Assembly: GCA_030654225.1 (NCBI GenBank)
Contig: JAURXY010000034.1
Location: 25,184 to 89,183 of the forward strand
Length of the DNA stretch: 64,000 nucleotides
From: a bacterium
Lineage (GTDB): Bacteria; Patescibacteriota; Minisyncoccia; Moranbacterales; UBA2206
Direction: 5' to 3'
The position numbers and the translations under genes are program-made. The number at the start of each line of letters is the position of its first letter. Position 1 is the first letter of the stretch. Below are positions 9,556 to 18,775 of the stretch, one piece after another. A model generated the notes under the pieces. It searched no databases. It was not told the origin of the DNA and was given only the letters and a program-made list of their open reading frames with translations.

Positions 9556-10638
9556 TTAGGATAGAATTTCCTTTATTTCCTCTAAACTCTCCGCCATAAC
9601 TAATTTTCGGCGCAATTCTGAGGCTCCAGGGAAACCTTTGACATACCAACTCATATGCTTTCGAATTTCAAAAAGTCCTTGTTGACCCTTGTTTTTGTGG
9701 ATTAATTTTGCATGAAGAAGCATTATTTTCTTTACCCTGTTAAGTAAATTTTGCTCTGCAAAATTATTTTTCGTAATCGAAAAATACTTAACAGGGTGAA
9801 TTTTTTTAAAATCGTATTTTGCCCCCGTAGAGACGCCCCGACGGGGCGTCTCTACACAATTCAATAATTCTTTTATCTCCTCAAAAATCCACGGCTTACC
9901 CCAAGCGCCCCGGGCAATTCCAAGACCATCCAAAAGAGGATGGTCTTGCAAAATTTTCACGCCATCCTCAGCGGAATTTATCCCACCGTTCGCCAAAACG
10001 ATTTTTTCCGGAAACATTTTTTTGATTTTTTCAACAAGATTGAAATCTAGCGAACCAGAAAACCCACCTTCATATGTTCGACCATGAATCATAATGACCG
10101 AGTAGGGAAGATCAGCTGTGCTTTTGACAAAATCAAGGGCTGAAAATCCTAAAGCCGAGCTTTGAGAATTTTTTAAAAGCTCGGCTTTAGGATTTTCAAT
10201 ACCTGCTCGAATTTTTATAGACACCGGCAATTTGGTATTTTCACAAACAGCCGAAATAATTTCACGCGCCAATTTTTTTTGCATCATTAGCGCGCAACCC
10301 GAACCATGACCAAAAACTTTTTTGGCCGGACAACCAAAATTAATGTCAATTCCATCTGGCTTCACTATTTGCGAAATAATTTTAGTGGCCTTGGCAAAAT
10401 GCGCCGGGTCTTTCCCAAAAAGTTGCACCACGTATGGCCGTTCAGCTCTATTAAATTTTACTAATTCTAAAGTTTTTTGAGGTTTAAAAAATAAAGCGCT
10501 AACGCTTGCCATTTCCGAATATACCACATCCGCTCCATATCGCCGGCAAATTTGACGAAACGCACTGTCCGTTATGCCCGCCATCGGGGCTAGAGCCAGA
10601 ATTGGTTTTTTCAATTTTAACCAAAAATTTTTATTCAC
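9556..10638 (-). CDS. dus: tRNA-dihydrouridine synthase (probable GTG start) with an in-frame palindromic insertion
   Basis: 360 aa; 'LAPMAGITDSAFRQICRRYGADVVYSEM' plus FMN-binding TIM-barrel motifs. The 29-nt perfect palindrome at 9827-9855 encodes extra residues in 'ETPRRGVSTGA'. Confidence 0.9.
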   Translation of the reverse strand: MNKNFWLKLKKPILALAPMAGITDSAFRQICRRYGADVVYSEMASVSALFFKPQKTLELVKFNRAERPYVVQLFGKDPAHFAKATKIISQIVKPDGIDINFGCPAKKVFGHGSGCALMMQKKLAREIISAVCENTKLPVSIKIRAGIENPKAELLKNSQSSALGFSALDFVKSTADLPYSVIMIHGRTYEGGFSGSLDFNLVEKIKKMFPEKIVLANGGINSAEDGVKILQDHPLLDGLGIARGAWGKPWIFEEIKELLNCVETPRRGVSTGAKYDFKKIHPVKYFSITKNNFAEQNLLNRVKKIMLLHAKLIHKNKGQQGLFEIRKHMSWYVKGFPGASELRRKLVMAESLEEIKEILS

Positions 10639-10804
10639 TAATTTTAATGTCTCCCTCAGGAGTTTGTTCTACTTTAAAACCCAAGGCTGCAATAGCTTCT
10701 TTCAGATCCTCTACCTTATCCTCAGCTGACCTATGGATATCACACGCACAAGCATTTTTTTCCACATCCGTCACCTTACATTTTTTTATACAATCATCAG
10801 TCAT
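10634..10804 (-). CDS. Small Cys-rich protein (56 aa), unannotated
   Basis: Read by eye as MTDDCIKKCKVTDVEKNACACDIHRSAEDKVEDLKEAIAALGFKVEQTPEGDIKISE. It fills the cysS-dus gap exactly: it starts 4 nt after the cysS stop and stops 2 nt before the dus start. Confidence 0.4.
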
Positions 10805-10808
10805 GATT

Positions 10809-12245
10809 TTATTTTTTAATTAAATAATTATTATCTTTTAAATCTTCAATCACATAACCCGCCGATTCAATCTTCTTTCGCAGTTCATCTGAGGCTGCAA
10901 AATTCCCACTGATGCGAGCTTGTTTTCGCTCTTCGGCGAGCGTCAAAATATTCGCCGGAATTTCAATTTTATTTTCCGCAATTATCAATCCAAAAACTTT
11001 GTTTATTCTTTCCCAAAATTTCAAAATATTCTCAGCTGTTTCTTTGTCTAATTTATCCTCAGAAATCATTTTGTTAGTTTCACTAATCAGATCATATACT
11101 ACTGCCAAAGCCAATGGGGTATTGATATCATCATTCATGGCGCTTTCAAACCTTTTTTGATAGATATGAGAAAAATCTATTTTTTCTAAAGATTCCGCCT
11201 TTGGTGCGTCAGAAACATTTTTCAAATTACCCACCCAATCAGAAATTTTTTGCAAATTATTTTTGGCCTGAACGAGAACGCTAGGCGCATAATTCATAAC
11301 ACTTCTATATTGTGAACTCAGGATCCAGAGTCTTATCACCATTGGATCATATTCTTTTAGTATATCTTTTACAGAAGTGTGATTTCCTTTCGATTTAGAC
11401 ATTTTTTCACCATTTATATTGACCATATTCCAGAGTGTCCAGTAATTGGCCATTTTTTTGCCTAAATATGCTTCACTTTGAGCAACTTCATTTTCATTGT
11501 GCGGAAAAACATTCTCATTGCCTCCACCGTGGATGTCGAAAGTATCTTGACCAAGAAGATCAGCTGACATAACAGAACATTCAATATGCCAACCAGGATA
11601 TCCCAAACTCCAGGGACTTTGCCATTTCAAAATGTGATTTTCATCTGACTTTATCCAAAGAGCAAAATCTAGCTGATTTTTCTTTTCAGGATTATTTTCT
11701 ATACGCGCACCATCAATCAACTCCTCGGTTTTTCTTCCAGAAAGCTTTCCGTATTCTGGGAATTTGGTTACAGAAAAATATACGGATCCATTAGATTCGT
11801 AAGCATATTCTTTTTCAATTAAACCTTCAATGAATTTAATTATTTGTGCAATATATTGCGTTGGACGAGGATTAAAATTAGCTGGTTTGATATTTAGAGA
11901 TTGGAAATCTTCCTTGGCAGAATTGATATAATTTTCAACAATTTCCATTGGATCAATTTTTTCTGCTTTAGCTTTTTTTTCAATTTTATCTTCTCCTGTT
12001 TCGGCGTCATTCACAAGATGCCCAACATCTGTATAGTTCATAATAAATCTAACTTCATACCCTAAATATTCTAAATATTTTCTAAAAATATCCATTGAGA
12101 CATATCCGCGAGCATGACCGATGTGACAATGATCATAAACTGTCGGACCGCAAACATACATTCCGACTTTTCCCGTATAAATCGGTTTAAATTCTTCTTT
12201 TTTTCTAGTTAGAGTATTGTACAATAATAACATAATTTTTTTCAT
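10809..12245 (-). CDS. cysS: Cysteinyl-tRNA synthetase
   Basis: 478 aa; 'HIGH' (CHIGHARG) and 'KMSKS' motifs plus zinc-binding cysteines. Confidence 0.95.
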   Translation of the reverse strand: MKKIMLLLYNTLTRKKEEFKPIYTGKVGMYVCGPTVYDHCHIGHARGYVSMDIFRKYLEYLGYEVRFIMNYTDVGHLVNDAETGEDKIEKKAKAEKIDPMEIVENYINSAKEDFQSLNIKPANFNPRPTQYIAQIIKFIEGLIEKEYAYESNGSVYFSVTKFPEYGKLSGRKTEELIDGARIENNPEKKNQLDFALWIKSDENHILKWQSPWSLGYPGWHIECSVMSADLLGQDTFDIHGGGNENVFPHNENEVAQSEAYLGKKMANYWTLWNMVNINGEKMSKSKGNHTSVKDILKEYDPMVIRLWILSSQYRSVMNYAPSVLVQAKNNLQKISDWVGNLKNVSDAPKAESLEKIDFSHIYQKRFESAMNDDINTPLALAVVYDLISETNKMISEDKLDKETAENILKFWERINKVFGLIIAENKIEIPANILTLAEERKQARISGNFAASDELRKKIESAGYVIEDLKDNNYLIKK

Positions 12246-12301
12246 TTACGAACAAATTAAAATTTTCGTAGATTCGCATTAAATTCGTAGATTCGCATCG
12301 G

Positions 12302-13210
12302 TTATAGCCATTTTCTCATCTTAAAAATCGAAATAGTAACCGCTGAAAGGAAAAGCATAATCGCGAGATGAATCCAGAAAGCATTGGGGTTTTTTCCAAA
12401 AGGAATGTCGGCGCTCATGGCGAGAATATTAGAATAAACAGTCATCGGAAGCATCACGGCGGAAAAAATCGTGAGCACTTTCATGGTCATGTCTAGTTTG
12501 TTGGAAAGCAAGGAGTTATTAGTCTCTTCCAATGATTCGATCGTTTCTTTGGCACTTTCCAAATTATTCCAAATGCGAATATTAGTTCCGATCAAATCTT
12601 GATAGTATGGTTTCAAGGCTGGTTCGATTAGCTTGAAATCTTTTTGCGCCAAAGATTCAAAAACTGAGCGTTGCGGTTTCATTGTACGGCGAAAATTCAA
12701 AATGTCTCTTTTGACTACCGATATTTCAAAAACCATTTCTTTTTCGTGACCGGCAAAAATTTCTTTTTCCACATAATCCAATTTGTTGGAAATATGATCG
12801 AGTTTTGGAAAACAAGTTTCCAAAAGCATTTCGATAATATATCGTAACAGCGCACCAGGGGATTGATTCATATAAATTTCTCTTTTGGTTTTATCATTTT
12901 TCAATGAATTGAAAAAATCAGTAAGTTGAAAGATATCGCGATCATGAGAAGTGATCAAAGCATTTTCACAAAGAACTATGTCAATTTCTGCCGGATAGGT
13001 AGTTTTGTCCTCAGTGTCAAAAAGGGGAATGTGAATAGAGAGAAAGAGGCAGTTGTCATATTGCGTGGCTTTTGGCCTGAGAGTCGGCGTGGAAAATTCT
13101 TCAATGATAAGTGGATGCAAATTATATTTTTTCTGAATTTTCAGCACATCATCCGCGTTAGGTTCTTTGAAATAATGCCAAACTAAATCATTACATTTGA
13201 CTGTTTCCAT
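12302..13210 (-). CDS. CorA-family divalent cation transporter (divergent GMN motif)
   Basis: 302 aa; two C-terminal TM helices ending '...KMRKWL'; CorA-like cytoplasmic domain. Confidence 0.6.
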   Translation of the reverse strand: METVKCNDLVWHYFKEPNADDVLKIQKKYNLHPLIIEEFSTPTLRPKATQYDNCLFLSIHIPLFDTEDKTTYPAEIDIVLCENALITSHDRDIFQLTDFFNSLKNDKTKREIYMNQSPGALLRYIIEMLLETCFPKLDHISNKLDYVEKEIFAGHEKEMVFEISVVKRDILNFRRTMKPQRSVFESLAQKDFKLIEPALKPYYQDLIGTNIRIWNNLESAKETIESLEETNNSLLSNKLDMTMKVLTIFSAVMLPMTVYSNILAMSADIPFGKNPNAFWIHLAIMLFLSAVTISIFKMRKWL

Positions 13211-13223
13211 AACTTTTTAATCT

Positions 13224-13294
13224 TGTCATCCTGAATTTATTTCAGGATCTTATTTTTTTATTTTAGAGATGCTGAAACGAGTTCAGCATGACAA
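13224..13294. repeat. Hairpin repeat element, family C ('tgtcatcctgaa...ttcaggatc' plus 'gatgctgaaac..gttcagcatgaca')
   Basis: Two adjacent hairpins with GTCAT/ATGAC ends. Related copies at 22246-22314, 29807-29833 and 30129-30217. Confidence 0.7.
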
Positions 13295-13343
13295 TTTAAA
13301 TATAATTTTTTTTATGTTATTATTATAGCAATAAATTGCTTGA

Positions 13344-13616
13344 TTGACAAAGAGCTTTATGAAAAAGATAATTTTATTTTTAATCCGACTTTACCAAAAA
13401 ACACTCTCTCTTGACCACAGCTGGCTGTCTCGCGTCACCTTCGAGCGCTATTGTCGTTTTCATCCTTCCTGCAGTCAATATACTTATGAAGCCATTAATC
13501 GCTTCGGGGTGGCCAAGGGTGGATATCTTGGCATAAAACGAATTATCCGTTGCCATCCTTGGAATGATGGTGGATATGATCCGGTACCGAAGAGGCAGGT
13601 AGAAAGTAAGAAGTAG
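13344..13616 (+). CDS. yidD: Membrane protein insertion efficiency factor YidD
   Basis: 90 aa; conserved '[10 protein letters not shown]' and '[12 protein letters not shown]' motifs. Confidence 0.85.
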   Translation: MTKSFMKKIILFLIRLYQKTLSLDHSWLSRVTFERYCRFHPSCSQYTYEAINRFGVAKGGYLGIKRIIRCHPWNDGGYDPVPKRQVESKK

Positions 13617-13719
13617 TAAGTATAAAGTATCCTTTACTAATTAATGAATATAAAGTATAGTATATAAACAATAATACATTAGTATATTCGTAATAAATTA
13701 GTAATTAGTAAAGAAAATC

Positions 13720-14679
13720 ATGCTTACTGACGAAGCTAAAATCAAGGTCGAAGCTGGCAAAGGAGGCGATGGGGCTGTGGCTTTTGACAAAATAATGATG
13801 TCACTTGGGCCGACTGGCGGAAAAGGTGGCAATGGAGGATCAGTCTATTTTGAAGGCGTATCTGATGTTTTTGCTTTGAATAAATATCGCCATCTCAAAG
13901 ATCATCACGCCCAAGATGGCGAGAGAGGCAAAAAAAATCGCTCCGATGGACAAAATGGAAAAGATTTGTTTTTGACCGTACCAATTGGAACAGTAATCAC
14001 ACAATTAGAAACCGGAAAAAATATTGAAATCACAAAAGTTGGAGAAAAAATTCTTGCCACTAGAGGAGGAACTGGCGGACAAGGCAATTTCTTTTTTCGC
14101 TCTTCGACCAATACCTCCCCACAAGAATTCAAAGAAGGTAAAATCGGTCAAAAATTTGAATTTTCTTTGGAGCTCCGCCTTATTGCTGATATTGGGCTAA
14201 TTGGCCTGCCAAGTGCCGGAAAATCATCTCTGCTCAACGAAATAACCTCCGCTCACGCCAAAGTGGCTGCCTATCATTTCACCACGCTTGAACCAAATTT
14301 GGGCGTATTCGATGATTTTATCATCGCCGATATCCCAGGTCTCATCGAAGGCGCTTCCGCTGGCAAAGGCTTGGGGATAAAATTTTTGCGTCACATTCAA
14401 AGAACAAAAATATTAGTTCATTGTTTGTCTCTCGAGTCAGATGATATCCTTCGTGATTACAAAGTAATTCGCAAAGAATTAGGAAAATATAATTCTGAAT
14501 TATTAGAAAAAAAAGAGCTAATTTTGTTTACCAAAAGTGATTTGATCGACCCTAAAGATTTAGCCAAGCAAATGAAAAAATTCCAAGCAAAAAATAAATG
14601 CGAAGTTATCCCAGTTTCTATCCATAATTTTGAAGAAATTGAAATGCTCAAAAAGAAACTTTTGATACTGTTGCGCTAA
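13720..14679 (+). CDS. obg: GTPase Obg
   Basis: 319 aa; Gly-rich Obg fold (GGKGGNGG) followed by a G domain 'GLIGLPSAGKSSLLN' and 'DIPGLIEGA'. Confidence 0.9.
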   Translation: MLTDEAKIKVEAGKGGDGAVAFDKIMMSLGPTGGKGGNGGSVYFEGVSDVFALNKYRHLKDHHAQDGERGKKNRSDGQNGKDLFLTVPIGTVITQLETGKNIEITKVGEKILATRGGTGGQGNFFFRSSTNTSPQEFKEGKIGQKFEFSLELRLIADIGLIGLPSAGKSSLLNEITSAHAKVAAYHFTTLEPNLGVFDDFIIADIPGLIEGASAGKGLGIKFLRHIQRTKILVHCLSLESDDILRDYKVIRKELGKYNSELLEKKELILFTKSDLIDPKDLAKQMKKFQAKNKCEVIPVSIHNFEEIEMLKKKLLILLR

Positions 14680-14722
14680 TTTTCTTGTTTGTGGTATATT
14701 AAAATTACTAAGACTTAATTAT

Positions 14723-14926
14723 ATGAAAACAGAAATCCTAATTATAATAATTGCCGTTGTTTGGACATTGCCTTGGAAAGGTTTTGCCCTTTGGAAATCA
14801 GCTCGCAAGGGGGATAGCATTTGGTTTACCATCCTTCTAATTGTGAATACTTTGGCTATTTTGGAAATTTTATATATTTTTATTTTTTCCGAAAGAAAAG
14901 TTGCTAACAGAATTCCCTCAAAATAA
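14723..14926 (+). CDS. Small hypothetical membrane protein
   Basis: 67 aa with two hydrophobic segments; no family assigned. Confidence 0.35.
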   Translation: MKTEILIIIIAVVWTLPWKGFALWKSARKGDSIWFTILLIVNTLAILEILYIFIFSERKVANRIPSK

Positions 14927-14929
14927 TTT

Positions 14930-15646
14930 ATGTATTGGATTTTTCTTATCATCTTCATAATAACGGTTCTTGTGCCTGACATCGTTCGCACAAATTTTGG
15001 TGTTATTTCAGAATCAAGGTTAGAAGAAATCTTGATTTTTTTTATGGGCGCAATGGCCTTTGCAATTTTCATAAAAAATGAACAGCAATTGATTTTTCAC
15101 AAAAAAGAAAAAGAGAAGGACAAGAAAAAAATTGAACAAACCGTCAAAGATTTGGTTGAGTCATACAGTTATATTGGAGAAGTAAATCGCAAGATGGATC
15201 TTTTGATGAACACCGCCCTTGGACTTTCGGATCGATCCGTGCTTAGCAAAGCTCATGAAAAAGAAACCTATCAGTCAATCGTGAGCGCCACCAGCTTTCT
15301 TTTGAAATCAGATTTTACCTCACTTCGTTTTGTCGATATGAAAAACATAAGAACTAAACAGGAATTTCGTTCGGAAAATAGCGGTCAGCCCATAAAAAAT
15401 AGTATGCTCGCTGAAATGAAAGATAATGTGAATGTGAAAAAACATGATGATTGTCTGATTATCTCTTCCAGTCAAAAAATAAATGACATCAAAGGTTATT
15501 TGATTATCTGTGGATTCGATGAAAAAGAAGAAAGCAACCCAAAAAACATCGAAATCCTCAAGGTCTTCGCCTCTCAAGCTCTTTTCCTATATTCATACAC
15601 CCACAACGAACCCAAAAACTGCCTGCCAAGCGAGAAGAAGAAATAA
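14930..15646 (+). CDS. Hypothetical membrane protein
   Basis: 238 aa; two N-terminal TM helices then a charged region; no family assigned. Confidence 0.5.
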   Translation: MYWIFLIIFIITVLVPDIVRTNFGVISESRLEEILIFFMGAMAFAIFIKNEQQLIFHKKEKEKDKKKIEQTVKDLVESYSYIGEVNRKMDLLMNTALGLSDRSVLSKAHEKETYQSIVSATSFLLKSDFTSLRFVDMKNIRTKQEFRSENSGQPIKNSMLAEMKDNVNVKKHDDCLIISSSQKINDIKGYLIICGFDEKEESNPKNIEILKVFASQALFLYSYTHNEPKNCLPSEKKK

Positions 15647-15670
15647 GATATTTTATTCGAATAAAAAAAT

Positions 15671-16150
15671 ATGAAGCAATGTATTTTTTGTGAAATTGGG
15701 AAGGGCAAAATCAAACCTCTTGGTGAAGCAGTCATCTTTGAAAATGAAGATTATCTAGCTTGGCTTTCTCCTTTTCCCAACACAGAAGGTTTTTCTGTCG
15801 TCATTCCAAAAAAACATTTTGGGAGTGATGTGCTAAAAATGCCAGACAAAAAATTGCAAGAATTTATTCTCGTTGCTAAAAAAATCTCAAAAATTTTGAT
15901 GAATTATTTTGAAGATGTTGGACGAGTTGGGCTTATTATGGAAGGTACCGGAATTGATCATGCGCATATAAAACTGTTTCCGATGCACGGCACAGGATAT
16001 ATGAAAAAAGGGGAGTGGAAACAATCCCACAGCAACAATGACAAATATTTCAAAAAATATGAAGGCTACATTTCTTCCCACGACGGCCCAAAAACTAATT
16101 TCAAAAAGTTGCAAAAAATGGCTGGGGAAATAACAGGCATGAGAAAATAA
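15671..16150 (+). CDS. HIT-family (histidine triad-like) protein
   Basis: 159 aa; N-terminal 'CIFCEI' and 'GIDHAHIKLFP' triad-like motif. Confidence 0.55.
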   Translation: MKQCIFCEIGKGKIKPLGEAVIFENEDYLAWLSPFPNTEGFSVVIPKKHFGSDVLKMPDKKLQEFILVAKKISKILMNYFEDVGRVGLIMEGTGIDHAHIKLFPMHGTGYMKKGEWKQSHSNNDKYFKKYEGYISSHDGPKTNFKKLQKMAGEITGMRK

Positions 16151-16184
16151 CAATGCGTTAAAATACGTATTTAAATTCAACCTT

Positions 16185-16292
16185 GCGATAGTGTCGCTAT
16201 AAATTGAAACTTTTTCGCGTTAAGAAATTTATCCTGTTTGAGGCCCGACGCATTTGGTCGGGTCGAGTTATAAATTTTAGCGAAAAAGTTGA
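16185..16292. repeat. Compound palindromic element in the convergent intergenic gap
   Basis: gcgatagtgtcgc hairpin; 12-bp inverted repeat aaactttttcgc...gcgaaaaagtt enclosing a cccgac/gtcggg hairpin. Possible bidirectional terminator or MITE. Confidence 0.5.
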
Positions 16293-16371
16293 AAATTTAT
16301 CGACACGAAAGCTTGGTTGAGAGTTTTTCTTTTGATACTTTTCTTTTTGCGGAAAAAAGAAAAGTATGTCA

Positions 16372-17211
16372 TCACTTCACCACCTCAAACCCTTTTTGTT
16401 TCCAATCATTTAGGCCGTCAGAGAGGGCGCTCACATTTAGGATGCCCATATCAAAAAGTCGGACAGCGCCTTGGAAGGCGAGTAGTCCGGTGTTGTCGTA
16501 GAGGATAATTCTTTTGTAAGTTGTAATTTCTTTGCGTCGGCTTTCCAAATTTTCTAGTGGAATGTTCACAGCATTTTTCAAATGATCAACAGTGAATTCT
16601 TTGGCGCTTCGCAAATCAAGTAGATATAGTGAGCCACCGTCTTCCGCCATCAAACTTTTCAATTCATCATTTTTGATATAATTTACTTTTGCTTGATTGG
16701 CAAATGAATTTTGATTGCCCGCTTCCACAATTGGATTTAGCTCATTAGCCCAAGCATATATTCCGCCTTCAAGATAAGAAACATTTTTGAAGCCATTTTT
16801 GACAAAAATATCAATGGCTTGTTTTTCATTAGGAGTGAGCCCCAAATCATCGACTATAAAATAGGTGCCATTTTTTTCAGTAAAAGGAAAATTTGCGGTC
16901 AACTCGTCGAGGGTTATATTTTTTGCATCTACGATGTGACTTTGTGAAAAATTTTGCGCGTCTCGAATATCAATAATTTCTATCTTTTCAGTACTATTGA
17001 TTTTTTTGAGCAATTCAGATGATTTTATGCTCGAATATTTTTGCAAATCATCAACCTTTTCCTGCGCCAAATTTTTCGCCAAAGTATCCTCATTTTTTTT
17101 GTTGAGCCAAGACGATTTCAGAAAAAAGAGAACTGTCACCAAAACAATCAAGAAAAAACCAATTGTGATTGGCAATAGATTATTTTTTGATTGATTATCA
17201 TTTTGATACAT
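16372..17211 (-). CDS. Membrane-anchored tandem rhodanese-like domain protein (catalytic Cys not evident)
   Basis: 279 aa; N-terminal TM and two rhodanese-like modules (IIDIRD..., LLDLRSAKEF...). Confidence 0.6.
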   Translation of the reverse strand: MYQNDNQSKNNLLPITIGFFLIVLVTVLFFLKSSWLNKKNEDTLAKNLAQEKVDDLQKYSSIKSSELLKKINSTEKIEIIDIRDAQNFSQSHIVDAKNITLDELTANFPFTEKNGTYFIVDDLGLTPNEKQAIDIFVKNGFKNVSYLEGGIYAWANELNPIVEAGNQNSFANQAKVNYIKNDELKSLMAEDGGSLYLLDLRSAKEFTVDHLKNAVNIPLENLESRRKEITTYKRIILYDNTGLLAFQGAVRLFDMGILNVSALSDGLNDWKQKGFEVVK

Positions 17212-17215
17212 ATTT

Positions 17216-18175
17216 TTATTTTAGCACGCTTCCAACAAAATTTGCATATCCGCAAACAAAATCCCGTGCGCTCATTTTGTTTTTTCCTTCCAATTGAACT
17301 TCTCCTAGGATTATATTACCCTTGCCAGTCTTGACTTTTATCATTTCATTTTCTTCAAAAACTTTTCCATTTTCAAAAACATTTTCTTTCGAATTTGCAT
17401 CTAAACTAATTTTGCTTAGTTTTAATCTTAGATTTCGATTGTCCTTTTCAAAATAGGTAAATATACCAGGCCAAGTGCAGAACGCCCTAAAGCGATTATA
17501 AATATCCTTTGCTTCATCTGACCAATTAATTTTTCCGTCTTCTTTTTTGATTAATTGACAAAAAGTTGCCTGCGTTTCATCCTGCTTTTTGGATTCTATC
17601 TTTCCTGTTGTCAAAAGGGGAATTGTTTCCACAAGAAGTCTCGCGGAAATTTCTGAAAGTCTTTGGGAAAGTTCAAGATATGTTTCTTTTTCTCCGATTT
17701 CAATCTCTTCTTGCATCAAAATATCACCCGCATCAACTTTTTCTTCAATGAACATAATAGTTGCTGATGTTTTCTTTTCGCCATTCAAAATAGCGTTTTG
17801 AATTGGTGAGGCTCCACGATATTTTGGTAAGCTCGACGGATGAGTGTTGATAACGCCAAAACGCGGAATTTCCAAAATGCTTTTTGGCAAAATTTTTCCA
17901 TAAGCCGAAACAATAATCAAATCAGGTTTTTTATTTTTGATCTCATTCACAACATCTTCATCAAATTTTTTCGGTTCAAAAATTTCAATTCCATAATCTT
18001 TGGCAACTTTCTTGACTGCTGATTTTTCCAATATTTGGTTCCTTCCAACTTTTTTGTCACCTTGAGTATAAACTGAAATGATATCAAACTTTTCTTTCAG
18101 CATCACACGCAAAATATTCGCCGCAAAATCCGGCGTCCCCATGAAAATAATTCTTATTTTTTTCAAATCATTCAT
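17216..18175 (-). CDS. fmt: Methionyl-tRNA formyltransferase
   Basis: 319 aa; 'IIFMGTPDFA' N-terminus, 'INTHPSLLPKYRG' and 'SLDANS' motifs. Confidence 0.9.
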   Translation of the reverse strand: MNDLKKIRIIFMGTPDFAANILRVMLKEKFDIISVYTQGDKKVGRNQILEKSAVKKVAKDYGIEIFEPKKFDEDVVNEIKNKKPDLIIVSAYGKILPKSILEIPRFGVINTHPSSLPKYRGASPIQNAILNGEKKTSATIMFIEEKVDAGDILMQEEIEIGEKETYLELSQRLSEISARLLVETIPLLTTGKIESKKQDETQATFCQLIKKEDGKINWSDEAKDIYNRFRAFCTWPGIFTYFEKDNRNLRLKLSKISLDANSKENVFENGKVFEENEMIKVKTGKGNIILGEVQLEGKNKMSARDFVCGYANFVGSVLK

Positions 18176-18180
18176 AATAT

Positions 18181-18327
18181 TGTCATCCTCGCACCCGCTT
18201 CGCGAGCATAAACTCCAGCGGGGATCCAGTATATAGACTAAGTTTATTGCGATAAAAATTATTTTGATACTAGATTCCCGTTTTCACTCGCCTCGCTGAA
18301 GCTTTGGCGAAGCGGGCGGGAATGACA
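18181..18327. mobile_element. MITE-like element, family A (TIR tgtcatcctcgc / gcgggaatgaca), copy 1
   Basis: 147 nt between fmt and def. Terminal inverted repeats; internal 'taagtttattgcgataaaaattatttt' shared with the copy at 18776-18872. Confidence 0.75.
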
Positions 18328-18328
18328 G

Positions 18329-18769
18329 CTATTTCTTGTCTATAAAAAGCATTCCGTTTAAATGATCAATCTCGTGTTGCAAGGCTCGCGAGAGAAGTCC
18401 TTCGGCTTTGATTTCAATTTTTTCTCCTTTTTTATCCAAGGCCTTCACGGTGACTTTTTTGTGTCTCTTGACTGGGATAAATTTTCCAGGAAAAGATAGA
18501 CAACCCTCTTCGCAAATTTCTTTTCCCCAAGATTTTCGAGCAATTTTCGGGTTGATTAGAATATGCGTTTTTCCATCTAATTTTATAATACAAAGTTGCA
18601 CTGATTGTCCCACTTGCGGAGCAGCCAAGCCCAAAGCATTGCCACTTTCTTCCATAGTCGCAATCATATCCAAAATCAAGTCTTTGATTTCTCGACTTTT
18701 TGGTTCTTTTATCTTCTTCGCTTTTTGACGAAGAATTTCATTAGGATAGGTTATTATTGGTAATATCAT
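18329..18769 (-). CDS. def: Peptide deformylase
   Basis: 146 aa; 'GLAAPQVG', 'EGCLSFPG' and 'HEIDHLNG' motifs. Confidence 0.95.
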   Translation of the reverse strand: MILPIITYPNEILRQKAKKIKEPKSREIKDLILDMIATMEESGNALGLAAPQVGQSVQLCIIKLDGKTHILINPKIARKSWGKEICEEGCLSFPGKFIPVKRHKKVTVKALDKKGEKIEIKAEGLLSRALQHEIDHLNGMLFIDKK

Positions 18770-18775
18770 ATTTTA

